From Phoronis australis (taxonomy: Eukaryota; Animalia; Phoronida), in assembly GCA_002633005.1 (NCBI GenBank), contig NMRA01001068.1, positions 2,567 through 60,570 of the forward strand: 58,004 nt of DNA, written 5' to 3'. This document shows, piece after piece, positions 13,239 to 25,400 of this stretch. The notes beneath the pieces were generated by a model. That model saw only the letters and a list, made by a program, of their open reading frames with translations. It had not been told where the DNA came from and did not search any database. The position numbers and the translations under genes are program-made. Positions within the stretch are counted from its first letter, which is position 1. Each line of letters opens with the position of its first letter.

Positions 13239-13939
13239 AATACAAGACGAAATGCAGCTTTACGCGTTCTCAAAACAAATTATCATGTGGTACATACTTG
13301 TTATTTATTATGGTGACATGGATGCGTCACAGAATACTACGAAAAAACAAATAAGCTTTATAATGTACAACACATCCCCAGCCTCCTGGGCTCACAAGTC
13401 ACCTGATACCAGTACAAGAATTTATTTTAAAGGGTTGTTTTACCCTACAATTGCATACAAAAAACTTTGAGCTTTTCATCATCTGGGAAATGTAAACACT
13501 CAAATACACAATCTTCACCCGACAAAAACTTCCACCTACGCATAACCTTTAGACAATAAAACAGATTCACATTACCAGTAATCTGGCATAAATATAAAAT
13601 ACATACACACACGGGACGAATAACGAGACACCGACGACAAAAACATCGATTGCCATATAACCCGCATGCATAAAGGCACAGTTACGATCCCCGAAGGTCA
13701 TTGCAAGCGTGCAACGTATCGGGGTCTATGATATTTAGGAAACGCGATTTGCTGCAACAATACATCTGTTAAGCAATGTGTACACCAGGACAAATTTGAC
13801 AACAAGCCTTTTTCAATGGGTTTAACATCGCAAATATTTACGTTTATAATCTCAGCTGTGAACTTTCTTAATTAAACTTGACAGCATATGGTAAGTGTTT
13901 CTTTTTCTGTGGTGACGTCAGAGGGTAGGCACCGGGATA

Positions 13940-14980
13940 GCCTCTAGCCCTCCTTCTAGTATCGCATGCAATGTAAATTTGGAGATGCAACCAAGTTCGT
14001 GCTGGTTACACACTCTTCAATCTTTTCCCCTGATACGAGTCTTTGCTGCATCTCCGTATTGCCATCCTCGCTCTATGAGGCGCTTTGTTGCCCATCTCTC
14101 CTGCTGTTGTACAATCTCGGCATCTGTAAGCGATTCCCGCACTTTGGAGATTACATCTGCTGGTGTGAGGAGCAGGTTGGCAATCGGTTCTGCGACGCCT
14201 GCAAGCTCATCCGCCTTGACGTTGAATGAGATGCCACAGTGTCCTGGTATATAAACACTGGTGAAGAGACCATTAATAGAGCTGAACAGAGGGATCCAGG
14301 AATCTTTCACGTGACCAGTGTTTAGCCTGTTAATGAGGCTGAAGGAGTAAGTAAGTAGAAATGATCTGTCTGCAGGTGTTGTGTTGTGTCAGAGAGCCAG
14401 ACTAGGGCGTCTTCATATGCTTCACATTCAGCTCTAAAAGATTTTCCAACCGGGGCTGTTGACCATTCGAAGAGACGTTGACCCTCGCGAGTCCAAGCAA
14501 CTGCTGCCCAAGCCGTAGTGTCATCTCTTAGTGAGCCCTCCGTTGCAACAATGATTGTGGGAGCTTGTTCTTCACGCCATTCCAATACAGTTGCTTGGTT
14601 GATACAGTCAGCTCATTCCCGCCAATGACGGCCTCCAATCTCCATGGTGTTGATCAAAGTTTGTCGCTTTGGACCACTTTATCCTGTTGATGTTCTCCAC
14701 TGGACATACCTCTTCGACAAGCTCCCTAGCTCCGATAACCCATGATTTAACAGCTTTCAGCCTCAGTGCAGTGTGCTCATCACTATGCTCTCTCAGGTCC
14801 AGGTACAGAGGATGTGAGTTGGTTGTAGCTGCCTTTAGAAATGCTTGGGCTGCTAGTGTCTTCTGTTTAGTACGGATGCTATTGATACCTAACCAGTATT
14901 GGAGACTGTCTACCGGAGTGGGTCTAGTTGCACTGGTTACTATCCTCATGGCCTGGTTTTGAATCCTCTGTAGACGTATT
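13940..14980 (-). mobile_element. Decayed, 5'-truncated non-LTR retrotransposon (I-group: Nimb/I/LOA/R1-like) with RNase H domain
   Basis: Frameshifted pieces RLQRIQNQAMRIVTSATRPTPVDSL (post-RT), IIVATEGS (cf. TDGS), SFRAECEAYEDAL, and YIPGHCGISFNVKADELA (RNase H PGHxGxxxNxxADxLA motif). Confidence 0.85.
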
Positions 14981-16429
14981 TCGATGAGAACACTTCGTAG
15001 AAGCTTGTTAAGATACAAAAACAGCCTCTCAAATAAGGCGCCAATATTGATTTTAGATTGAATTCTATTTTCAAAATGACACTTTATTTAAACACATCAC
15101 CAGACGAGAGGAGTGGTTCGTACTTTACGGAAATGAAGAATTCTATAATTTAATATTCCAGTCTTATGTAGAACTCACTTCAACCTTAATGGCTAGCAGA
15201 CCCTGCGTACGAGAGTACTTGCCAAACACTCGTCTTTCACATGCGTGATTTTACGTGGTCTTTCACGATCTTGCTTCAATTTTTCACGGGTCTCCTGTGT
15301 CCACCGAACGCACCTTTAATGCCAGCATTAACTTTCAAATCCTGGCAGAACGTAGCTAACGACAAGAATTTCGCTTAAAGGTCACAAAAACGAGAAATTA
15401 AATTCATTACACTTTCCCCAGAAAGTGCTTTCAAATAGAACCTCCTGTAATATAATAAAAATAAATAACACATCACAAAATAACAATAGGCTGACAAAAT
15501 CTGAGCGTGTAAAAAGAATAAAATATACCTACTACGGTCTTCTTGTATATGTGTCCAAAGATGGCGCGGTTTGTGATGGTGATTATGTACTGGTGCAATC
15601 ATTAATTGACCCCTGACTCTACATAAAGAATCCGGGTCAAACCTTCAAGCATTGTGGGAGACTTGAGTTTCATAAAACAATACTAAAGAAAAATAAGTCT
15701 TTTTAATATGAGAATAGAAGGTTGTTCACAGCTTGGGAGCGTCCGTGTTTCGGCCGGATGTTCTATACCTGAATGTATGCCTACGTTCATTAGGGATAGT
15801 TTCTTGCTAGGTTGGAGAGATCACTCAAGTCTTTGGGAGATATCACCATGCATTACAGACCACGCCCATGATTTCGCCAGCTTTCAGTCGTTATGAAGCG
15901 TATCCCAATTAGGTTGTGGCGCTTGCCTCAACTATAGTGAATTTCAAGCTCCCCCTCTAGTATTCACTGTACACGCAAAATGACGAAATACATGAACCGT
16001 TTCCCCACCATAACGAGGTTGTTTAGTGACCCTTGTACTCAGTCGTCATGACCGGGAATTCCTCCTGGGCTCAGTCGTCATGACGGAGAATTTCGGGTAA
16101 TTTTGATTATTTTTTGCCTGGACTTCAATTTTGCAACGGCGGCCAGACCTAATCTGGTGTCTCCTAACATATATCAGTGTGGGAGGCTCTCGATGGTTCC
16201 AACACCAAGATGATGATTCACAGCATTCTTGGCACACCTTTGTTTCCAAGCCGCCATTTTACCCGACAAACAACATGTTTGTTTGTCGACTTTTCGCAAG
16301 GTGACGGAGCTTGCGTTAGGTCAATTACTTCCGTAGGCGTTACGCTGGTAGTGTGATTTTTTCTTTTAACCGTCTTGCACAGGTAGCATATCCCCTAGCT
16401 GTTACTGATGCTATGTTAGTATGACAACA

Positions 16430-19400
16430 CTAGCGGCTCGATACCCTGGATCCGGACTTGAACAGGCGACCACAGCCAAATATGATCACGTCTATGAATA
16501 GTTCCAAAACTTGCAGTAGCAAGAACAGTGATGCACCCAGCCACAGACCGATTTGACCTCCGAGATCTGAGATGAGCGATAAATTCTAAAACGAAAAATG
16601 TATTAAGCCAGTTAAGATACAACAATTAATTAAACACACTTGAAATCTGCCGTTTATAGAGTCTCCGCTAGCAGAGCGTTTGCCTGCCACCGTAGGCAGA
16701 GGCGGATCTACGGGGGGATCAGGGGGTTCAACCCCCCTCGGGACAGGATCAAATATAAAAATTGAAAAAAAAATCGCCAGAAAAACGAAATCAGCGACTA
16801 AAAACCACAAAAAATCTTACACGGGAGGAAAACCCTCTCCCGACCTTCCTTCCCCTCGGTGCTACGCGCCTCGGATTCGCTCGAATCCTAACCCCTCCCT
16901 CTTGCCGAAAACGTAGATCTGCCACTGGAAGGGGTTGCAGGTTCGAATTAGGTTGATCTCAGAAATCACTTTTTTGCCAATAATGTCTCTTTAGGCCATG
17001 TTCTGGGGGCGAGGGGTACTACCACTTTGTGGCCATGTTCTGGGGTACTACCACTTTGTGGCCATGTTCTGGGGTACTACCGCTTTGTGACTGTATTCCA
17101 TCTAACTACTTACCGTGTATTTTGGCGACTCGTATATATACTGGTAATTAAGTGTGTCGTAATATATCTCCACTTTCAGTAAGTTCCTTGAGAGCGTGGT
17201 GTTCAGAATATCATTCCGGTTCAAACTGCTATAGCTGCTCCTCAGCGTTGGTTCGTACAACTTGGATGGCCATGGCGAAATGGTCACAGTTGCTTGGTAA
17301 TCCGATTCACTGAAAATATACAACAGTACAGTGCAAATGACACGCCCGTTACTTGCTACTAAACGTATTTTAAAAGACCTTCGTTTTACGAACAAGACCA
17401 AAAATTATGGACATTTGAATTTCGGCGATTGTGCTTGGCTCTTAGTTTTGTCACAGTTTTGCGCTATTGACAATAATTGCCACTGTTTTGCGCTATTGAC
17501 AATAATTGTCACTGTTTTGCGCTATTGACAATAATTGTCTTCCCACGAGCAGAAATTAATTACATTGATACGTAAAGACTTCTAGTTAAAGTCGATGTCA
17601 AATTTCAGAACTGATTAAATATTTAAAGAAGAATTTCGCAAATTCTGCAGCTAAAGATCTCACCGAAGGCAAGAGATTCAAGACACATAAACTGCCATCT
17701 TTAAAAAAAAAAATGTTTTACGCCTGATCATTCGAAACGAAGTTCGTCCATTTCGGTGTGACGTCATCGTGTACATTACTACGTGAGATCATACATTTTA
17801 GACTGTTGTTGTTGCGGGGAACTTGTAATAATTTGAACTCATTATCCGACTGTAATGTATTTGAATGGAACATCGGTTAACACACAGAATCAAAGGGCCA
17901 GAATGGACTAGTAGTTATTCAAATACACATGAAGGACACTGACTTCAAGGAACCGGCCCGAATAGATTTATTGTTTCTGCCGCTAAGATTGCCAATGAAA
18001 ACTTGAAGTTTATAATTTTCGATGGACGTCGATGTTCGTGGCTTTGTATCCAATTTGTTACAACAAATCATAACATTCGGACCTGTGACAATTTGGGCCT
18101 GTGCAGAGCTTTACTAGAAGAGAGATTGTCATGGTACAGTAGCAAAACGATAGATTCCAGAACAATCACATAATCAGTTTGCAGATAGACAAAGTTGAAG
18201 TCGATTTGTCGACGTACTTACGAGCATGGAATGGGACAGTCGCACGTTATGTTATTCGACGCGTACAGCTTCAGAACCCGACTGACGCAAGCTTCTGCAA
18301 AACAATTCCTAATATGACGACTTTGTTAATGTTTACAACTCATTTCGATTACAGTAGAGCCCTCGTTACTACTCGGCCATTTCCGGTGGCGGTAAATAAT
18401 TTGGTAAGTAGGCCATCGTCAAAATGGGGCAGATTGTGTCTCCCAACATTAAGTCAGTAAACATATTCAGCTTTTATTTAACGGACAGGCATGGGTTTCA
18501 ATATACCTTTCATAATCATATTCAATCCATGTTTAAACGGAATTAACCACGTCTTCAGAAAGCATATTTCCACTCTGCATATTTAAACTCAAATGAAAAC
18601 CCTATTTCCTCATCCACCTGTAATTTCTTGGATAAAATGTAAAGGTTTAAAAAATTATTTATTTAGAGCAAATATGGACTATGAAAACCAAACTGACAAA
18701 CTATTGGCAATACACAATGTAATAAATCTACATGCAAAATGTGTAACTTTATCAACGATAATACTGTCTTCCTTTCAGTCTTCTCAAACCAATGAACACT
18801 TCGAAATAAAACATTATTCTAACTGCACTACCAACAGTATCATTTACTTAATAACATGTAGAAAATGTTCCATTCAATATGTAGGACAAACTCAAAGTAA
18901 TCGACAAACTCGGTTTCGCAATCAAAGACTTAACATAATACATAAAAACATTTCTGATACTATAGGTAATCATTTCAATTCCAAAAAACATAATCTACAA
19001 GATCTTTCTGTACAAATAATAGAGAAACTCCAATATCCCAGCACCTCTCACAGGCTCAAAAGAGAACAATTTTGGATAGATAAGCTTAACACACTTGAAC
19101 CTAATGGATTGAACATAAAGACAGGCTCGTAGCCAGCAATGCTCAGGGGGTGGTTCGAATTTCTGGAACGGTGGACCTTTGCGGATATTTTGGCAAAGGT
19201 CGACACTGTAGAATTTTCGGTAAGGCCCTTGACGCAGCTTCACTAGGGGGGAATCTATATACACAACGACGACTCTCAACTCTATATTCCCAACTGATCG
19301 GATGGAATTCGTAATACCAGAAATGAGGATGCCCTGACGGTTGCTCACAAACAACGGGACCCAAATTCGGATGTAATGTGGTCCAGAAAGAGAATTTCCC

Positions 19401-22400
19401 CGCATTACCCCCTGCCAAACTTTCAAACCGGGCGTGCTTAAATGAGTTACATCTCATAACATACTCTGTTTGAAATATTTAATCGAAGCATGATCGACTT
19501 GAATATTTTGATCTGGTTGTATTTTGCGTGTTACTTAACTTGCTTACATCTCTGGAAATGGGAACAGCCCAGTATTAGTTCACTTCTCTGAAGGTTCATT
19601 ATTCCGAAGGTTCACTACTCCGAAAAGATCTAAAATTTCGGACTTGGGTGTATCAGACGTCCCCTTTTACCTGCAGAAATAAACGACACTTCGGTTATTA
19701 GATGCACTAGGTGGTGTACCTATGCTCAAAAGCGACCGGATTTCATGCGCATGGGAAATTGCCCGCATGTTTTTCGAATACGGAAAATGAGTACGTACTT
19801 GAATTTTTAAAAGATTAAGAAGTAGGAATATTGATGAATTATCAACCACGATACATTCATCAAATCCATGCAAGGTCGCATCATTTCACAGCGTGACTGA
19901 GCAAGTTCTAGGGCTGCTTCCCCTCAAACTCACCCATCGGAACCACGCGCATGGCCGGGTCGAAACTAAATGTAGTTGGTAGGCCACCCTGTCCCTGCCA
20001 GTCTTCACGAAGTCGGAGAGTCCCATTCAGTCGTCTTAAATTTAAAACCGCCGCTATTGGTCGCTGAAGTCCTGACCTGATGCTGTCCCTGAGACTGAAT
20101 GAGTCGTTAGTTAGATTGAAGATTCACGATTGGCAGTGATTGGAACTGAGCTCATTTGTAAACAATGTAATCAATGTTTTAAGAACTATTCAACTTTTGT
20201 ACACCCTTTAAATAGTTACTAAATGGGCACAAATACAATACTTTTTTCATGTCAGTTCCGACTCGTTAGCAGACAAGGTAGAGTAATGAACTGTCGGAGT
20301 TGTGGTTTCGAATTGTGGACATTCGAACTAGAGTGAACTTTCGAAGGTAGCGAACCTTCGCAGTAACTTCGGAATAGTGGACTTTCGGAGTGATGAACAT
20401 TCGGAATAGTGACATGTAACCTTGGAAATCTTTTCCATTAAGTTTTTTGCTCGTATGACGCCTGCAAGGCTGTTCGCCATTGGCACTGATTGACTAGAGA
20501 AGACTTTCTTCATTGACCAAAGTTTTTATTAGGTCTAGACCTACTTTTCCCTAATAATATGAACACGTTCGTCGGGGTTTTCTTAGTGCAAGAAAATACG
20601 GTAGTACATGGGGATGCTGCACTGAAAAAAGTGAGAGCTATATCCCCCTGTGGTGCACCGCCCCCCGCCCCCCCCCTCCCTTCATAGACCATGGGCGGCG
20701 CAGCACTGAAAAAAGTGGGGACTATAGCCCTCCAACCCCCTATGGTGCGCCGCTCATGTACTTAAATGTCTGATTTTTAAGCAACGACGGAGGACTGCCT
20801 ATAGTGAATTTAATTATCATAGGCGTGTACTGAATTTAAAAGAATGGAAACGCACACACGTGTATACGCATGCATGTCATCCACCAATCCACAACCAAAG
20901 TGGCCGGAAATTTGAAAATGTCTGCACTTTACCGTACTCTGTCACTATCAAAATAGAAGATAAACCTACTTTTTGCTATTTTGTTTCTTGGTCGATTTTA
21001 AGACGTCCACACGGAACTACCTTTTGGGAGCTCTCTCGCTGCTATATGCGGTAGCCTATTAAGGTATGGACATTAACTTCTAGACTCCCGTGTTACCCTA
21101 TGTTGTAGCTACCAAGCGCGTTTAATGACGATGAATAAAATAAAGCATCCCCTAATCGTCTGCACGATCCTACCATCAAACATCATTCGCACGAAGTTGA
21201 ACGGGTACGGCCCGATGTGAACTAAATTCAAAATTATTAGTGACTTAGTTGATGATTGTAGTTAGTAGTACCAGTAAATGCAACAATTTTGTTGTTGTTG
21301 TCTATCTATGTCCCATCTTTAACGGATAGGTCGAACACCCCCCCCCCCCNCCCCCCCCCCCCTCTGGCTACGGACCTGTTAAATCATATCCTTAAATTAC
21401 TTTTTTCTCAACAATTTATCGTTTTCATTACGCCAAATATCAGATGTCATTTGTCATATCGATATCGTGTTTGATTTTAGTTTATTTCTATTTCTGTAGA
21501 CAAAGGATGTTATTATCAGAGGCCACTTGAGTTTATCTGTTCCTCGATCGCAAATGACGTCACTCAGTACGAAACCATATATAAGAAACATCGGGAAATT
21601 CGAGAACCTGTGGTTATTATATCCGAAAATTTTAGTGATCCATTTTGAATGTTTTATTTACGTATATTTATTCTACTTTTCGACACACAGGTGTATCCTT
21701 TAGAGGATCTGGATCGCCTCTTTTAGTTTCAGATTTATTTTCAACGTTATTTTCCAATATACCAAATGATTTTGGTGATTCCGGCGTTTAAATATCACTT
21801 ACAAGTTTCTCAGCGCGTTCTCAAATCAAACAGGGGCCTGTTCCAAGAAACTGACTTAAGTTCATTTTTGACTTAAGTTTAAGATTTGTCTCAACTTCCA
21901 AACTTTGACACTTCCACATTCCGTAAGTCAAAATTAAGACAATATTTACGTCAAACACTTAAGTCAAACTTAAGATCGCTTCCTTGAATTGATTTTGAGA
22001 CAAATTTAACTTTTATTTTAAAATTTACTAAAATTTAAGATTTGTCTTAGCTTAGTCAGTTTTGTTAGAACGGGCCCCAGATTTACAAAACAAATATGTA
22101 TTATTGAGATATTTTCCTAGGTCTCAGAAATTTTGACATTTTCAATGAATTTCCATTGAAAATGCTAAACTTTCTGTACTTTCATAGCAATTTAAACCAT
22201 ATATATGCCGGCCTTTAAGGTAGGAGGATCTTCAGAGACATCACAAACATTTCCTTCAGTCACCCTCAATTCTTTGGACCCGGCCGGTCTTCATAGCTCG
22301 GTCTCAGTCCGGGTGATGCACTTTGCAATCCCTGTACCTGGTTGCATGAAACAGTCCCAAATAGGGATTCTAATATTTTTTTCTATCATTTTATCTTTAT

Positions 22401-25400
22401 TGTGAGCTCTTTGAAAATTTCTACTGACAAAACTAAAATTGAGCCCATTATTAAGTCATAATAATTCGTGACCTTGTCCTTAAGTTAGGTGCGTTGCAAT
22501 AAAAGATCCGTCGACACCACTCGGGATTTGTATCATGTATAGTTAAAAATTGACTAAATAATGAAACTCAAACAGCATAAAAAGTGTTTTCACAAGCCCA
22601 CAAGTACGCAGTAGATTTAGGGAAACTTAGTTAAGTCCCTATTTGGGACTGTTTCCTGCAACCGGGCACTGGCTTCTTCACTTTTTCACCAATCATTACA
22701 TTTCGCCCCCTACTGTATATTACGGCATGCACGTTGCTGCCACCGTGTAGGCAACGCTGATTATTTCGTTTGCAAAATAATAGACTTGGACCCATGATCA
22801 CCAAAGTGACGGAAACGTTTCAACTCACCCTCAGTGGCACTCAAACACGGTTTGATTGACTTTACAGTGTCCGGAAGCAGACTCTTGAAGAACGAGTAAT
22901 CAAAGAGGTAGTCGGCGTCACCACAACGGCATATCTCTATCACTTTGCGTTGATAGCAGGTATTGTGACAAGCCTGGAAATTGATTAAATGGTTATAAGT
23001 CCTTGAAATTATATGCAAGTTACATGTAAATCGCACCACATATCGTTGACAACCAAAACTCTTTCACCGTAACTTGTAAAATATAACCATGTGATATGCC
23101 TATAGTCCATGATCCCACTGGTATAACACTTGAACAGCGACCCTACAGTCTGCACAAAATGGCGATTTTGTCTCAAACGGAAATGTGATGACACACAAAC
23201 CACTATTGTAAGCTCATTCACCTCGCGTGAGTAGGATACACCGAATCTTTTGGAATAAATGCTGTAACCTTCCGCTTCCGCTGTTGTCACCTTCGTGCAG
23301 TTGCTTTCGTAGCCCAATAGTCTTGATATTTCCACCTGCAACGAGAAATAAATTTACCTGAATGAACCTGACATGTCGATCAAAGTTGCGCAAACCGAAC
23401 ATGGAATATCAAGCCATGAGATAAACAAGTGTCCAGGATCTTAAAACACACTTCACTGACACGAATCGCTGGCCTTCAAACATGACTCACGCATCCAAAA
23501 ATACAAGCCATGGACCTTAAATATCTAACTTAAAACCGAAAACGGGACTTCTTACAGTGCTTCTAAAGCCCCTTATACCTAGAATGAAAACGTATACCAT
23601 AAATGTCGTAAACAGTATTTTTTATAAATTCCCCATAGTTCGTCATTCTAGGCATGCGAATATCGAAAAACAGCAGTCAAGATATAGGGAACGGAAGTCA
23701 CGGACGCTTTCCATTTTCCATCGTCAGCAATGTAACTGAAGTAACTTCAAAGCACAGTATCATGATTGCAATCCCAGTAGATGAACTCTCATTCATGGAG
23801 TATATGTGCACTTGCTGATAAATAGGGTAGCTTTTTAGGCGAAGAATCTTGCACTCGGGTTATTTTTGGGTTAAATAATTCCATTTTTGAACTAAGCTAC
23901 AGTTTTACGGAAACAACTAATGTGGCTTTTTCAATTTTCCAGAAAACTAAAAAGGCAAAATGCAGTATAAGCTCATCTAATTATACACAGAGAAAACAAG
24001 CAGAACTGAGCCTTCCCTTTCGATATACACAGAGAAAACAAGCAGAACTGAGCCTTCCCTTTCGATATACACAGAGAAAACAAGCAGAACTGAGCCTTCC
24101 CTTTCGATATACACAGAGAAAACAAGCAGAACAAGAAAAACATGAAAAAAATGACAAAACGCACCCGCTTGAGCCCGATGGTGGTGAGATACCCAGGGGC
24201 AAGATTGTACCCAGCATTCTCCGGAAACGGCATCAGTTTTTGGTGATTTATGTGGAGACGTGCACCGGTCTGTTCTGTTACTTCCGGAAGGTATTCACTT
24301 TCTTCAAGAAAAATTTCCATGGTCAAACCTGTAATGTAAAACATTTGCTGTTTTAGTGCCAGCATAGAGACATCTATGGCGCCATAGAGACAGCTATGGC
24401 GTCATAGAGACGTGAAATATTTAACCTGTTACACTACAAATCACAGTAAAAAAAACACGCCTATGCATCCGGAGCACCTCAGACACTTTTAGTCGCCTGG
24501 ACGTTGATACCATCAGTTCGTGAGAAAGTTAATTGACTCAACATTTTTCTACAACTATGATTTACTTTCTTTTGGCAAGTAACTACATTGCTACCATCTT
24601 TTAGCCTTTCTTAAACCAGGCTAAGCACTTCCTCTTACAACACAAAAATTCACAAGAGCGCAAAACGTTTTGCGAATGATGTTTTCCAACGCACAAACAG
24701 TAAGTACTTACCAAAGAGTGGCCCCGTTTTGGAGATGCTCTGAACAGTGGTGTTTCGTAAACCTGAATTGAAGACGAAGCAGTTTCCAAAAGTTCCCGTA
24801 GAATAGGTAAAAAATTTGCTGCAAGAAAAAAAACAACATCAAGAATCGAACACTGTGCGCTTTATCTACACGCTAGTGCAAATGAATCATGTTTGAGTTC
24901 CTGTAACTAATTATAACAATAAGGCACATCTTGTTTATCACTGACTACATCTGTAACAAATGAAATAAAACCAAACAGCTAAAAGTCGAATAACTGATTT
25001 TTGTTAATTTTTGTGTCGTGATGTCAAGGGGCCACTTCCTCATAAGTCACAGCTGAAGCTGCAAATTAAAACCCCGTCACCAAGTAGCTCAAAAGAATTC
25101 AAACCTCCCAATATCACGACAGAAAACTATTTTTGTCCCCATGTAGACAATTCTGAATATTGGCGAATAAACGTGAGTCAAAATGTCATCAACATAGACG
25201 GTGTAGGCCAACTCTTCCAGGATTACGTCACTTCATTTCAATCGCAGGCGATCTGTCGATATGTTGTCATGGTAGAGCTCAATCTCGGACCAGTTTGTGC
25301 GGAGTAATCAGCCTATTTTACCATTTCTGTGTTCATGACGAAAGTCCTGTACAGATGAAATGGCCGACGGGATATGGTCTGAAGGAGACCATCTTTTACA

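Noticed and set aside
19122-21378. Possible 2.2-kb element bounded by CAGGCTCGTAGCCAG and CTGGCTACGGACCTG
   Set aside because: No target-site duplication in the flanks; more likely ends of two separate truncated MITEs.
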